A stretch of DNA of 64,000 bases from assembly GCA_947630375.1 (NCBI GenBank), contig CANRHH010000008.1, forward strand, positions 8,745-72,744, in the 5' to 3' direction. The DNA comes from an uncultured Oscillospiraceae bacterium. Its GTDB lineage: Bacteria; Bacillota; Clostridia; Oscillospirales; Oscillospiraceae. This document shows, piece after piece, positions 8,556 through 19,000 of the stretch. The translations under genes and the position numbers were made by a program. Below the pieces are notes generated by a model, which was not told the DNA's origin, did not search any database, and saw only the letters and a program-made list of their open reading frames with translations. Numbering within the stretch: position 1 is the stretch's first letter; every line of letters starts with the position of its first letter.

Positions 8556-9755
8556 GTGCCTGCACTGAAAACCTGGCTGTGGCTCTCCGCCGCCCCGGTG
8601 AGCGCCCGGGCGAAAGCCGCGCTCCTGCGGCATTACGGCGGCGCGGAGGCGGCTTTTTATGCCCCGGAGGGGGAATTTGCCGCGGTGGAGGGCTTAAGCG
8701 CCGCCGAGGCCGCCTTGCTGGAGCAGCGGGATGACCGCCGGGCGGGCCGGATCTTAGACGACTGCGGCGCCCAGGGGCTGCGCATCGTCACCATGCAGGA
8801 CGCGGCCTATCCGCACCGGCTGAAGCAGATCTTCGCCCCGCCGCCGGTGCTGTATGTGAAGGGGCGGCTGCCGGATGTGGACGCCAACGCCCCCATCGCG
8901 GTGATCGGCACCCGGGAGCCCAGCGTCTATGGGATCAAAATGGGCCGGGAGATCGCCTGGCAGATCAGCCGCTGCGGCGGCCTGGTGGTCTCGGGCCTCA
9001 CCCGGGGCATCGACGCCGAGGCGGCCCGGGCCGCTCTGCTGTCCGGGGGCAGCTGTTTGGGGATCTTAGGCACGGCCCACGAGCAGGAGCGGAGCGCCCT
9101 GGCCCGGGATGTAGCCGCCGCGGGGGCGCTGATCAGCGAATACCCGCCGGGGACCGTGCAGCAGCGGCACTTTTTCCGGGACCGGAACCGGATCGCCGCG
9201 GGGCTCTCGGTGGGTGTGGTGGTGGTCGAGGCGCCGGAAAAGAGCGGGACCCGGCTGTTTGCAATCGAGGCCCTGGAGCAGGGGAAGGAGATCTTCGCCG
9301 TCCCCGGCAACGCGGACGCGGCCAACAGCGCCGGCACCATCGCCCTTTTGAAGGAGGGGGCCAAGCTGGTCACCTGCGGAAAAGACGTGATGAGCGAGTT
9401 CGAGGAGCTGTATCCGGATAAGATCCGCCTGACCGACGCCCTGCCCGCCCCGGCCGAAGAGGCGCCGGAGGGCCCGGCAACCGCGGACAAACCGAAAAAC
9501 GACAAAAAAAGCGTTGACAAGGGCGGAAAAGCAAGCTATATTGGCCTGCAAGAACAGTTGGCCTCCCTGTCGGAGACCCAGCTGAAGATTGTTGCCGCCA
9601 TCGAAAAGGACGCATCCCATATCGACGATATCATCGAGGCCACCGGGCTGCCTACGGCCACGGTCCTGGCCCAGCTGACGCTGCTGGAGATCAAGGGCTA
9701 TGTGCGCCGGGAGGCGGGGAAGCGGATCGTTTTGAACACGGTGAAGAAACCCTGA
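8556..9755 (+). CDS. dprA: DNA processing protein DprA (Smf)
   Basis: It has a DprA Rossmann-like core (GTREPS.YG, GLTRGIDAEA, FAVPG) and a C-terminal winged-helix tail. It sits upstream of topA, as is usual. Confidence 0.9.
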   Translation: MPALKTWLWLSAAPVSARAKAALLRHYGGAEAAFYAPEGEFAAVEGLSAAEAALLEQRDDRRAGRILDDCGAQGLRIVTMQDAAYPHRLKQIFAPPPVLYVKGRLPDVDANAPIAVIGTREPSVYGIKMGREIAWQISRCGGLVVSGLTRGIDAEAARAALLSGGSCLGILGTAHEQERSALARDVAAAGALISEYPPGTVQQRHFFRDRNRIAAGLSVGVVVVEAPEKSGTRLFAIEALEQGKEIFAVPGNADAANSAGTIALLKEGAKLVTCGKDVMSEFEELYPDKIRLTDALPAPAEEAPEGPATADKPKNDKKSVDKGGKASYIGLQEQLASLSETQLKIVAAIEKDASHIDDIIEATGLPTATVLAQLTLLEIKGYVRREAGKRIVLNTVKKP

Positions 9756-9772
9756 AAAAGTGAGGAAAGACC

Positions 9773-11989
9773 ATGGCAAAAGCGAAGGATCTGGTCATTG
9801 TCGAATCACCGGCCAAGGCCAAGACCATTGAAAAATATCTGGGCGGGGGCTATAAGGTCACCGCCTCTATGGGACATCTGCGGGATCTGCCCAAGAGCAA
9901 AATGGGCGTGGATATAGAAAACGGCTTCGAGCCCCAGTATATCCCCGTGCGGGACAAGAAGGAGCTCATCGCCCAGCTGAAAAAAGAGGCCAAGGCCGCC
10001 GGAACGGTCTATCTGGCCACGGACCCTGACCGGGAGGGCGAGGCCATCTCCTGGCACCTGAAGGAGCTGCTGGAGCTGCCAGACGGCAAGGCCAAGCGGG
10101 TCACCTTCAATGAGATCACCAAGAAGGTGGTCACTGAGAGCATCCGGCATCCCAGGGAGATCGACCAGGACTTGGTGGACGCCCAGCAGGCCCGGCGCAT
10201 CCTGGACCGGATCGTGGGCTATAAGCTGTCGCCGCTGCTGTGGCGGAAGATCAAGACCGGCCTGTCCGCCGGGCGGGTCCAGTCCGTGGCCACCCGGATG
10301 GTGGTGGACCGGGAGGAGGAGATCCGCGCCTTTCAGAGCGAGGAGTTTTGGCATCTGGACGCCCATTTGCGCTTAGAGGACCAGGAGGGGGGCTTTGTGG
10401 CCCGCTTCCACGGCAAGGGGGAGAAGAAGCAGGAGCTGAAAAACCGGGAGCAGGTGGATGCGGTGATCGCGGCCACCCAGGACGCGCCCTTTGTTGTCGC
10501 CTCCGTCAAGCGGGGGGAGAAACAGCGCAGCCCCGCGCCCCCCTTCATCACCTCCACCTTACAGCAGGAGGCCTCCCGCCGTCTGAGCATGACGCCCCGG
10601 CGGACCATGTCCATCGCCCAGCAGCTCTATGAAGGGGTGGAGATCAGCGGCCGGGGCAGCATCGGCCTGATCACCTACATGCGGACTGACTCTCTGCGCC
10701 TGTCTGAGGAGGCCATCAGCGCCGCCCGGGCCTTTATCACCGAGCGCTATGGGGCCCGCTTCTGCCCGGCCCAGCCCCGGCGCTTCAAGACCAAGGCCGG
10801 CGCCCAGGATGCCCATGAGGCCATCCGCCCCACGGACGTGAACCTGACACCGGAGACTGTGCGCAAGGACCTGACCCAGGAGCAGTACCGGCTCTACCGG
10901 CTTATCTGGGGCCGCTTTACCGCCTGCCAGATGGCCAACGCCCTGTATGACAACGTGGCGGTGGACGTGGACTCCGCCGGGTATATCTTCAAAGCCAACT
11001 ATTCGGAGCTGAAATTCCCCGGCTATACGGCGGTGTACGAGGAGGCCAGGGACGAGGAGAGCGACGAGCTGAAAAATCCTCTGCCCTCTCTCAGCCAGGG
11101 GCAGCGGCTGCGCCTGGAGAAAATGACGCCGGACCAGCAGTTCACCCAGCCCCCCGCCCGGTACACCGAGGCCACGCTGATCCGGGCCATGGAGGAGAAG
11201 GGGATCGGCCGGCCCTCCACCTACGCCCCCACCATCTCCACCATCACCGCCCACGACTATGTGATCAAGGAGGGCAAGTACCTCCGGCCCACGCCGCTGG
11301 GCGAGGTGGTCACCGGGCTGATGAAGGAGCACTTCGCGGACATCGTGGACCTGAAGTTCACCAATCATATGGAGGAGGAGCTGGACGGGATCGAGAGCGG
11401 CAAGGCTCAATGGCGGGACGTGCTGGGCGATTTCTACCAGGACTTCAGCAAGGAGTTTGACCAGGCGGAGCAGGCCATGGACGGGGTCCGCCTGAAGGTG
11501 CCGGACGTGCTCAGCGACGAGTACTGCGAGGTCTGCGGCCGGCGGATGGTGGTCAAGAAGGGCAAGTTCGGCCATTTCCTGGCCTGCCCCGGGTTCCCGG
11601 AGTGCACCTTCACCAAGCCCATCGTGATCGAGATGCCCGGCAAATGCCCCAAGTGCGGCGGGCGCATCCTCAAGCGCACCTCCAAGAAGGGCTATGTGTT
11701 CTATGCCTGCGAGCGGGGGACCGACTGCGGCTTTATCACTTGGGACGTGCCCACCAAGGACTTCTGCCCTGCCTGCGGCAAGACGCTGTTCAAGCGCAGC
11801 GGGCGCGGGCCCTTAAAGTCCTTCTGCATCAACGAGGCCTGCCCCAACTTCGTCCCCGAGGACAAGCGGGTCTATCAGAAAAAGAGCGGCACGGAGAGTA
11901 AAAAAGAGAGCTCCGCCGCTAAAAAGACCGGGGCAAAGAAGGCCCCGGCCAGGAGGGCGGCCCCCAAGGCCGCCAAGGCAAAGGAATAA
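9773..11989 (+). CDS. topA: DNA topoisomerase I
   Basis: It has a TOPRIM N-terminus (LVIVESPAKAKTIEKYLG), the active-site region, C-terminal Cys4 zinc ribbons and a Lys-rich tail. Confidence 0.97.
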   Translation: MAKAKDLVIVESPAKAKTIEKYLGGGYKVTASMGHLRDLPKSKMGVDIENGFEPQYIPVRDKKELIAQLKKEAKAAGTVYLATDPDREGEAISWHLKELLELPDGKAKRVTFNEITKKVVTESIRHPREIDQDLVDAQQARRILDRIVGYKLSPLLWRKIKTGLSAGRVQSVATRMVVDREEEIRAFQSEEFWHLDAHLRLEDQEGGFVARFHGKGEKKQELKNREQVDAVIAATQDAPFVVASVKRGEKQRSPAPPFITSTLQQEASRRLSMTPRRTMSIAQQLYEGVEISGRGSIGLITYMRTDSLRLSEEAISAARAFITERYGARFCPAQPRRFKTKAGAQDAHEAIRPTDVNLTPETVRKDLTQEQYRLYRLIWGRFTACQMANALYDNVAVDVDSAGYIFKANYSELKFPGYTAVYEEARDEESDELKNPLPSLSQGQRLRLEKMTPDQQFTQPPARYTEATLIRAMEEKGIGRPSTYAPTISTITAHDYVIKEGKYLRPTPLGEVVTGLMKEHFADIVDLKFTNHMEEELDGIESGKAQWRDVLGDFYQDFSKEFDQAEQAMDGVRLKVPDVLSDEYCEVCGRRMVVKKGKFGHFLACPGFPECTFTKPIVIEMPGKCPKCGGRILKRTSKKGYVFYACERGTDCGFITWDVPTKDFCPACGKTLFKRSGRGPLKSFCINEACPNFVPEDKRVYQKKSGTESKKESSAAKKTGAKKAPARRAAPKAAKAKE

Positions 11990-11992
11990 GGC

Positions 11993-13318
11993 ATGGAAAA
12001 AGTGACAGTCCTGGGCGCGGGCCTGGCCGGAAGCGAGTGCGCCTGGCAGCTGGTAAAGCGGGGCATCGGCGTGCGCCTGGTGGAGATGAAGCCGGAAAAG
12101 CTGACACCGGCCCATGTCTCCCCCTATTTCGGGGAGCTGGTCTGCTCCAACTCCCTAAGAAGTGACGAGCTGACCAACGCCGTGGGCCTTTTGAAGGCCG
12201 AAATGCGGAAAATGGGCTCTCTCATCCTGGCCAGCGCGGACGCCAACCGGGTGGCCGCCGGGGGCGCCCTGGCGGTGGACCGGGAGGGCTTCGCCCAATA
12301 TATCACCCGGCATTTGGAGGAACACACCCTGGTGGAGGTGGTCCGGGCCGAGGCCAGGGAGATCCCCGAGGGGGAAGTGGTGGTGGCCACCGGCCCCCTG
12401 AGCAGCGACGCCATCGCCCAGGTCATTGCCCGGCTCTGCGGCGAGCAGGAGCTCCATTTCTACGACGCGGTGGCGCCCATCGTCACCCTGGAGAGCGTGG
12501 ACATGGACAGCGCCTATTTCGCCTCCCGCTACGACAAGGGGACAGCAGATTATGTAAACTGCCCCATGACAAAAGAGGAGTATCTGGCCTTCGTGACAGA
12601 GTTGGTCTCCGCCAAAGAGGCGGAGGTCCACGGCTTTGACGACGGCGGCGTCTTTGAGGGCTGTATGCCGGTGGAGGTCATGGCCCGCCGGGGGGTGGAC
12701 ACCCTGCGCTACGGGCCGCTGAAGCCCGTAGGGCTCCGGGACCCCCGTACCGGCCAGGAGAGCTACGCGGTGGTGCAGCTCCGGCGGGACAACGCCCAGG
12801 GCACCTTATATAATATGGTAGGCTTTCAGACCCACCTGACCTGGGGCGAGCAGAGGCGGGTGTTCTCCATGATCCCGGCGCTGCGAAACGCGGAGTTCGT
12901 GCGTTACGGGGTCATGCACCGGAACACCTATCTGGACAGCCCCCGGCTGCTGGACCGGTATTACCGGCTCCGGAGCCAGCCCCGGATCAGCTTCGCCGGG
13001 CAGATGACCGGGGTGGAGGGCTATGTGGAGTCCGCCGCGTCGGGGATGCTGGTGGGCATCGAGACGGCGGCCCGGCTGCTGGGCCTGCCGCCGGTGGACT
13101 TCCCCCAGGAGACGGCCATCGGCGCGCTGGGGCTGTACATATCCGGCGGCAGCGTGGGCGATTTTCAGCCCATGAACATCAATTTCGGCATTATCAGCCC
13201 CCTGGGCCGGAAGGTGCGGGGCAAGAGAAATAAGAACGCCGAGATCTCCCGGCGCTCTCTGGAGACAATAGACAGATTGCTGGAGAGGGAGGTATTTCGC
13301 TGTGAGGATCCTGTTTGA
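11993..13318 (+). CDS. trmFO: Methylenetetrahydrofolate--tRNA-(uracil-5-)-methyltransferase TrmFO
   Basis: It has the FAD-binding N-terminus VLGAGLAGSECAWQL and TrmFO/Gid family similarity throughout. Confidence 0.95.
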   Translation: MEKVTVLGAGLAGSECAWQLVKRGIGVRLVEMKPEKLTPAHVSPYFGELVCSNSLRSDELTNAVGLLKAEMRKMGSLILASADANRVAAGGALAVDREGFAQYITRHLEEHTLVEVVRAEAREIPEGEVVVATGPLSSDAIAQVIARLCGEQELHFYDAVAPIVTLESVDMDSAYFASRYDKGTADYVNCPMTKEEYLAFVTELVSAKEAEVHGFDDGGVFEGCMPVEVMARRGVDTLRYGPLKPVGLRDPRTGQESYAVVQLRRDNAQGTLYNMVGFQTHLTWGEQRRVFSMIPALRNAEFVRYGVMHRNTYLDSPRLLDRYYRLRSQPRISFAGQMTGVEGYVESAASGMLVGIETAARLLGLPPVDFPQETAIGALGLYISGGSVGDFQPMNINFGIISPLGRKVRGKRNKNAEISRRSLETIDRLLEREVFRCEDPV

Positions 13319-14309
13319 CGCAATGGGCGGGGACAAGGCCCCGGAAGAGATCGTAAAGGGCGCGGTCCGCGCCGGAAAGGAATTGGGGGTGGAGGTGACC
13401 CTGGTGGGCCGCCGGGAAGAGATCGAGGCCTGCCTGGGCGAGGACCGGGACCGGGTGCAGATCGTGGACGCCCGGGAGGTCATCACCATGGAGGACGACC
13501 CCAGCACCGCTACCCGCCGGAAGAAGGACGCCTCCATGACCGTGGCGCTGAACCTGCTGCGGGACGGGGCGGGGGACGCGGTGGTCTCCGCCGGCAGTAC
13601 GGGGGCCCTGCTCACCGGCGCCACGCTGATCGTCAAGCGGATCCGGGGCATCCGCCGGGCCGCTATGGCGCCGGTGCTCCCCGCCGGGGAACACGGGGTC
13701 ATACTCATCGACTGCGGGGCCAATGTGGAGTGCACGGCGGAGTACCTGCTCCAGTTCGCCTATATGGGCAGCTTTTACGCCAAAAAGATGCTGGGCTGCG
13801 CCGAGCCCCGGGTGGGGCTTCTGAACGTGGGCACCGAGGACACCAAGGGCGGAGAGCTCCAGCATGAGGCCCTGGCGCTGCTCAAACAGGCGGGGGCCGA
13901 GGGCCGCATCCGCTTCATCGGCAACGTGGAGGGCACCGACGTGTTTTCCGGCAAGGTGGATGTGGTGGTCACCGACGGCTTTACCGGCAACGTGCTGCTG
14001 AAATCCACCGAGGGCATCATCAAGGAGATGATGCGCCGGCTCAAGGGCGTGTTCTACCAGAGCACGGTCAACAAGCTGGCCGCCGCGGTGCTGAAAAAGG
14101 ACCTGAACGTCATGAAGAAGGCCCTGGATGTGAACGAGGTGGGCGGCACGGCCTTCGTGGGCATCAGCAAGCCGGTCATCAAGGCCCACGGCTCCTCCGA
14201 CGCGGGCAGCATCTTTGCCGCCACCCGGCAGGCCAAGGCCTTTGTGGAGGCCGGGGTCATTCAGGACATCGAGAAAAACATCGAATATATGCGTCTCAAG
14301 ACGGAATGA
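13302..14309 (+). CDS. plsX: Phosphate acyltransferase PlsX
   Basis: The N-terminus is RILFDAMGGDKAPEEIVKGA and a GFTGNVLLKS motif is present. The GTG start overlaps the trmFO 3' end. Confidence 0.95.
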   Translation: MRILFDAMGGDKAPEEIVKGAVRAGKELGVEVTLVGRREEIEACLGEDRDRVQIVDAREVITMEDDPSTATRRKKDASMTVALNLLRDGAGDAVVSAGSTGALLTGATLIVKRIRGIRRAAMAPVLPAGEHGVILIDCGANVECTAEYLLQFAYMGSFYAKKMLGCAEPRVGLLNVGTEDTKGGELQHEALALLKQAGAEGRIRFIGNVEGTDVFSGKVDVVVTDGFTGNVLLKSTEGIIKEMMRRLKGVFYQSTVNKLAAAVLKKDLNVMKKALDVNEVGGTAFVGISKPVIKAHGSSDAGSIFAATRQAKAFVEAGVIQDIEKNIEYMRLKTE

Positions 14310-14319
14310 AAGAAAAACC

Positions 14320-14997
14320 ATGAGCATGTTGGAAGATAAAATCGGATATCGGTTCAAGGACAGAAGCCTGCTGAAAACCGCCCTGACCCACAGCTCCTAT
14401 GCCAACGAGGAGCACCGGGACGCGCCGGAGAGCTACGAGCGGCTGGAGTTTTTGGGGGACGCCATCTTAGGGGTGACGGCGGCGGAATTTCTGTACCGGC
14501 ACCAGCCGCCGCTGGCCGAGGGCCGGATGACCCGGCTCCGGGCGGAGCTGGTCTGCGAAGAGAGCCTGCATAAGGTGGCCGAGACGCTGGGCCTGTCCAA
14601 CTATATGCGCCTGGGCAAAAGCGAGCTGAACAACGGCGTCCGGGGCCGCCGGTCCATCACGGCAGACATGGTGGAGGCCCTGATCGCCGCCATCTATCTG
14701 GACGGCGGGATGAGCCAGGCCCGGGATTTCATTATGCGCAACGTGCTCAACGAGGCCCAGGTGGAGGAGAGCCGCCGCATCGGCGACTATAAGTCCGAGC
14801 TCCAGGAGCTGGTGCAGCGCAAGACCGACCAGCGCATCAGCTATGAGCTCAGCGGGGAGTCCGGCCCGGACCACAACAAGCTCTTCCGCTACCGGGTGCT
14901 CATCAACGGCCTCTGCGCCGGAGAGGGCAGCGGCCGCTCTAAAAAAGAGGCCGAGCAGATGGCCGCCCGCCAGGCCTTGGGGGCCTTGAAGAAATGA
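14320..14997 (+). CDS. rnc: Ribonuclease III
   Basis: The RNase III signature ERLEFLGDAILG and a C-terminal dsRBD are present. The ATG at 14320 was chosen because the longer ORF from 14215 overlaps plsX. Confidence 0.93.
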   Translation: MSMLEDKIGYRFKDRSLLKTALTHSSYANEEHRDAPESYERLEFLGDAILGVTAAEFLYRHQPPLAEGRMTRLRAELVCEESLHKVAETLGLSNYMRLGKSELNNGVRGRRSITADMVEALIAAIYLDGGMSQARDFIMRNVLNEAQVEESRRIGDYKSELQELVQRKTDQRISYELSGESGPDHNKLFRYRVLINGLCAGEGSGRSKKEAEQMAARQALGALKK

Positions 14998-16013
14998 GGG
15001 CCCGGGAGGAGATCATCCCCGTCTTTGTACCCCACCTGGGCTGCCCCTATCACTGCGTTTTCTGTGACCAGCGCCGGATCTCCGGCCAGACCGAGGCCGC
15101 CACGGCCCGGACCGTCCGGGAAGCCATACAAAAAGCCGCCGCCTTGCCCCGCACCGGGGCAAAGCGGCAACTGGCCTTTTATGGGGGCAGTTTTACCGCC
15201 ATCCCCCTGCCGGAGCAGGAGGCGCTGCTGGCGGAGGCCAAGGCCGGCCTGGACCGGGGAGAGATCGACGCGGTGCGTCTCTCCACCCGGCCCGACGCGG
15301 TGGACGAGGCGGTGCTGGAGCGGCTGAAGCGCTATGGCGTGGAGACTGTGGAGCTGGGGGCCCAGTCCATGGATGAAGAGGTCCTGCGCCTGTCCGGCCG
15401 GGGGCATACGGCCCGGGCGGTGGAGACCGCCTCCCGCCTGGTGAAGGCGGCGGGGTTTCGCCTGATCCTGCAGATGATGACGGGCCTGCCCGGGGACAGC
15501 CCGGAGAAGGACCTGGAGACCGCCCGGCGGCTGATCGCCTTAAAGCCGGACGGGGTGCGGATCTATCCCACGGTGATCGTCCGGGGCACGGCCCTGTATG
15601 AGCTGTGGAAGGCCGGATGTTACCGGGAGCACAGCGTGGAGCAGGCGGTGGAGGTCTGCGCCCGGCTGCTGCCGCTGTTTGAGGAGGCGGGGGTGCCGGT
15701 GATCCGGCTGGGGCTCAACCCCACGGAGGAGCTGAGCGGCGGCCAGGCCGCCGGCGGCGCCTATCACCCGGCCCTGGGGGAGCTGGTGCGCAGCCGGATC
15801 TGGCTGGAAAAGGCCAGGACCCTGCTGGCGGAGACAGAGCCCGGCAGCGCGGTGGTTTTGGGGGCCGCGCCGGGGCAGATCTCCCAGGCGGTGGGCCAGC
15901 ACCGGGAGAATATCCGGCGGCTGTGCGCGGAATTTGCGCTCTCGGAGCTGAAAATTCGCCCCGCGGCGCTGAAAAACGGGGAAATCTCCGTGATTTCCGT
16001 TGAAAAAGCGTAA
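14994..16013 (+). CDS. Radical SAM protein (ELP3/MiaB/NifB-like)
   Basis: A CPYHCVFCDQ (CxxxCxxC) cluster motif is present. An ATGA overlap couples it to rnc. It sits in the rnc-smc position common in Clostridia. Confidence 0.8.
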   Translation: MRAREEIIPVFVPHLGCPYHCVFCDQRRISGQTEAATARTVREAIQKAAALPRTGAKRQLAFYGGSFTAIPLPEQEALLAEAKAGLDRGEIDAVRLSTRPDAVDEAVLERLKRYGVETVELGAQSMDEEVLRLSGRGHTARAVETASRLVKAAGFRLILQMMTGLPGDSPEKDLETARRLIALKPDGVRIYPTVIVRGTALYELWKAGCYREHSVEQAVEVCARLLPLFEEAGVPVIRLGLNPTEELSGGQAAGGAYHPALGELVRSRIWLEKARTLLAETEPGSAVVLGAAPGQISQAVGQHRENIRRLCAEFALSELKIRPAALKNGEISVISVEKA

Positions 16014-16063
16014 GAGATAGTGTATAATATGCCAGTTAATTTTTTTAGTTGAGGTTATCGCAC

Positions 16064-19000
16064 TTGTACCTACGGGCTTTAGAACTGCAGGGGTTCAAAT
16101 CCTTCCCGGATAAGACCCGGCTTACCTTTGAAAAAGATATCACCGCCATTGTGGGGCCCAACGGCTCCGGCAAGTCCAACATTTCCGACGCCATCCTCTG
16201 GGTCATGGGCGAGCAGCGCACCAAGGCCCTCCGGGGCGCCAAGATGGAGGACGTGATTTTTGGCGGCACCGAGAAGCGGAGCGCCCTGGGCTTTGCCCAG
16301 GTCTCTCTGGTGATCGACAATTCTGCCCGGATCTTTGATTCTGACAGCAGCGAGGTCATGCTGACCCGCCGCTATTACCGCAGCGGCGAGAGCGAGTATT
16401 TCATCAACCGGGAGCCGGTCCGGCTCAAGGACATCCACGCCCTGCTGATGGACACCGGTTTAGGCCGGGACGGGTACTCCATCATCGGCCAGGGCCGCAT
16501 CGCGGAGATCGTCTCCACCCGCAGCACCGACCGGCGGGAGGTCTTTGAGGAGGCGGCGGGCATCTCCCGCTTCCGTTACCGGAAGGAGGAGGCGGAGCGG
16601 AAGCTCCAGCGGACGGAAGAGAACCTCCTGCGGATCAAGGACAAGATCGAGGAGCTGGAGCTGCAGGTGGGGCCCCTGAAAAAACAGGCGGAGACCGCCC
16701 GGCGCTATCTGGTCCTCCGGGAGGAACTGCGGCTGCAGGAGGTCTCCGTCTGGATGGAGAGCCTGGACCGGCTGCGGGCCCAGAGCGAGGGGATCCGCCT
16801 GGAGCAGGAGCAGGCCCGGCAGAATCTGGAGCAGGCCAAGGCGGAGCTGGAGGCGCTGTACGCCTCCTCCGGCAGCCTCACCGAGCGGATGCACCAAAAG
16901 GATATCGACAGCGAGCGGGCCAGAGACCGCTTGTCCGCCGTAGAGGCTCAGGCCGCCGCCGCGGAGGCCCAGGCCGCCGCCGCGCAGGCCAATGTGCAGA
17001 GCGCCGGGGAGAGCCTGAAGAGGCTGCTCCAGGAGCTGGGCCAGCAGGAGAGCCGGGCCGCCCAGGTCCGCGCCGGCATCGACGAGGGCCGGGAGAAGAT
17101 CCGACGCATTGACGCGGAGCTGGACCGGCTGCGGCAGGAGAGCCGGCAGAACGCCAACAGCATCGACGGCTGCCGGATGAAGCTCCAGGGCCGGCAGGAG
17201 CTGCTGGACCAGCTCACCGCCAAGGCCAACGGCCTGACGGTGGAGCTGCGCAGCACGGAGGCCCGGATCGCCATGCTCTCGGCTATGGAGCGGGATTTTG
17301 AGGGCTATTCCAAGGCGGTGAAAACCGTCATGCGGGAGAAGGAGCGGGGGAGCCTGAAGGGCATCCACGCCCCGGCGGCCAACCTCCTCCGGGCGGAGGA
17401 GGACTGCGCCCTGGCCATCGAGACGGCCTTAGGCGCCGCCGCCCAGAACATCGTGGTGGACAACCAGGCCGCCGGCCGCCAGGCCATCGAGCTGCTGAAG
17501 CGGCAGGACGCCGGCCGGGCCACCTTCCTGCCCCTGGACGTGATCTCGGGCACGGTGCTGGATGAGCGGCAGATCAAAGGGCCGGGCATCGTGGGCGTGG
17601 CCGTGGATCTGGTCCGGTTTGACAGCGCCTATAAGGGCATTTTTGAAAATCTGCTGGGCAGGACCGTGGTGGCCGAGACCCTGGCCGACGCGGTGAAGAT
17701 CTCCGCCGCCAACGGCAACCGGCTGCGGATCGTCAGCCTGGACGGGCAGCTCATCAGCCCCGGCGGAGCCATGACCGGCGGCAGCGCCGCCAAGGGCAGC
17801 GGCATCCTCTCCCGGGCCAACGAGCTGGAGAAGCTGCAAAAGCAGAAGGACCGGCTCTCCGGCGAGGAGAAGCGCTGCGCCGGGGAGCTGGAGCGGGCCA
17901 GGTCCAACCTGGCCGGCCTCCGCTATCAGCTGGATATGGCCCTGGAGGACCAGGCGGAGCTGAGAAGCCAGGTCTCCTCCCAGGAGGCGGAATCCCGGGC
18001 CACGGGGGACTCGGTGCTCCAGCTGGAGCGCCTGCTGGACAGTCTCACCGGGGACGAGGCGGGCCGCCGCCAGGCGGTGGAGGCCGCCCAGCGGCAGATC
18101 ACCCGCTTCCGGGAGCAGCAGCGGGAGCAGGAGCGCCAGGCCGCTTCCATCCGGGAGCAGGCCGCCGGCATCCGGGAGGAGATCGCCCGGATCAGCCAGA
18201 GCAAGCTGGAGCTGGAGGGCAGGCGCACCAAGGCCGAAAAGGACGCCCAGAGCCGCAACGCCGACATTTTGGAGCTGGAGCGGCAGTCCGCCCGCATCGA
18301 GCAGAAACGGCTGTCCGCCGAGTTGGAGGAGAAGCAGCTGCTGGACAAGCTCTGGGAGCACTATGAACTGAGCCACAGCGAGGCCCAGGCCCTGCGCCGG
18401 CCCATAGAGAATATGCAGAAGTCCGCCCGGGATATCGCCGCCCTGCGCCGGGAGATCGGCGCGCTGGGCACGCCCAATTTAGGGGCCATCGAGGAATATG
18501 AGCGGGTCAACAGCCGCTTTGAGTTTCTCTCCGGCCAGCGGGACGATATCGAGAAGGCCAAGGGCGAGCTCGCCGGCATCATCGCGGAGATCACCGGGGA
18601 GATGGAGAGCCTTTTCCGGGAGCGCTTCCAGGAGATCGACAAGGCTTTCCGCCAGACCTTCCTGGAACTCTTCGGCGGCGGCAAAGCCGCCCTGGTGCTG
18701 GAGGACGAGAAGAACGTGCTGGAATGCGGCATCGATATCCGGGTCCAGCCGCCGGGCAAAGCGCTGTCCACTATCAGCCTGCTCTCCGGCGGAGAGATGG
18801 CTTTTGTGGCCATCGCCCTGTACTTTGCCATTTTGAAGGTGCGGCCCACGCCGTTTTGCGTGATGGACGAGATCGAGGCCGCCTTGGACGAGGCCAATGT
18901 GGGCCGCTACGCCGCCTATATGCGCCGCATGTCCGGCAAGACCCAGTTCCTGGTCATCACCCACCGGCGGGGGACCATGGAGGAGGCGGACATGCTCTAC

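Noticed and set aside
16945-16990. A GC-rich tandem repeat (GCCGCCGCC/GAGGCCCAGGCC units) could be mistaken for a repeat array.
   Set aside because: It lies in frame inside smc and encodes an Ala-rich coiled-coil segment (EAQAAAAEAQAAAAQA). It is not a CRISPR or a non-coding repeat. No CRISPR-like arrays were seen anywhere in the window.
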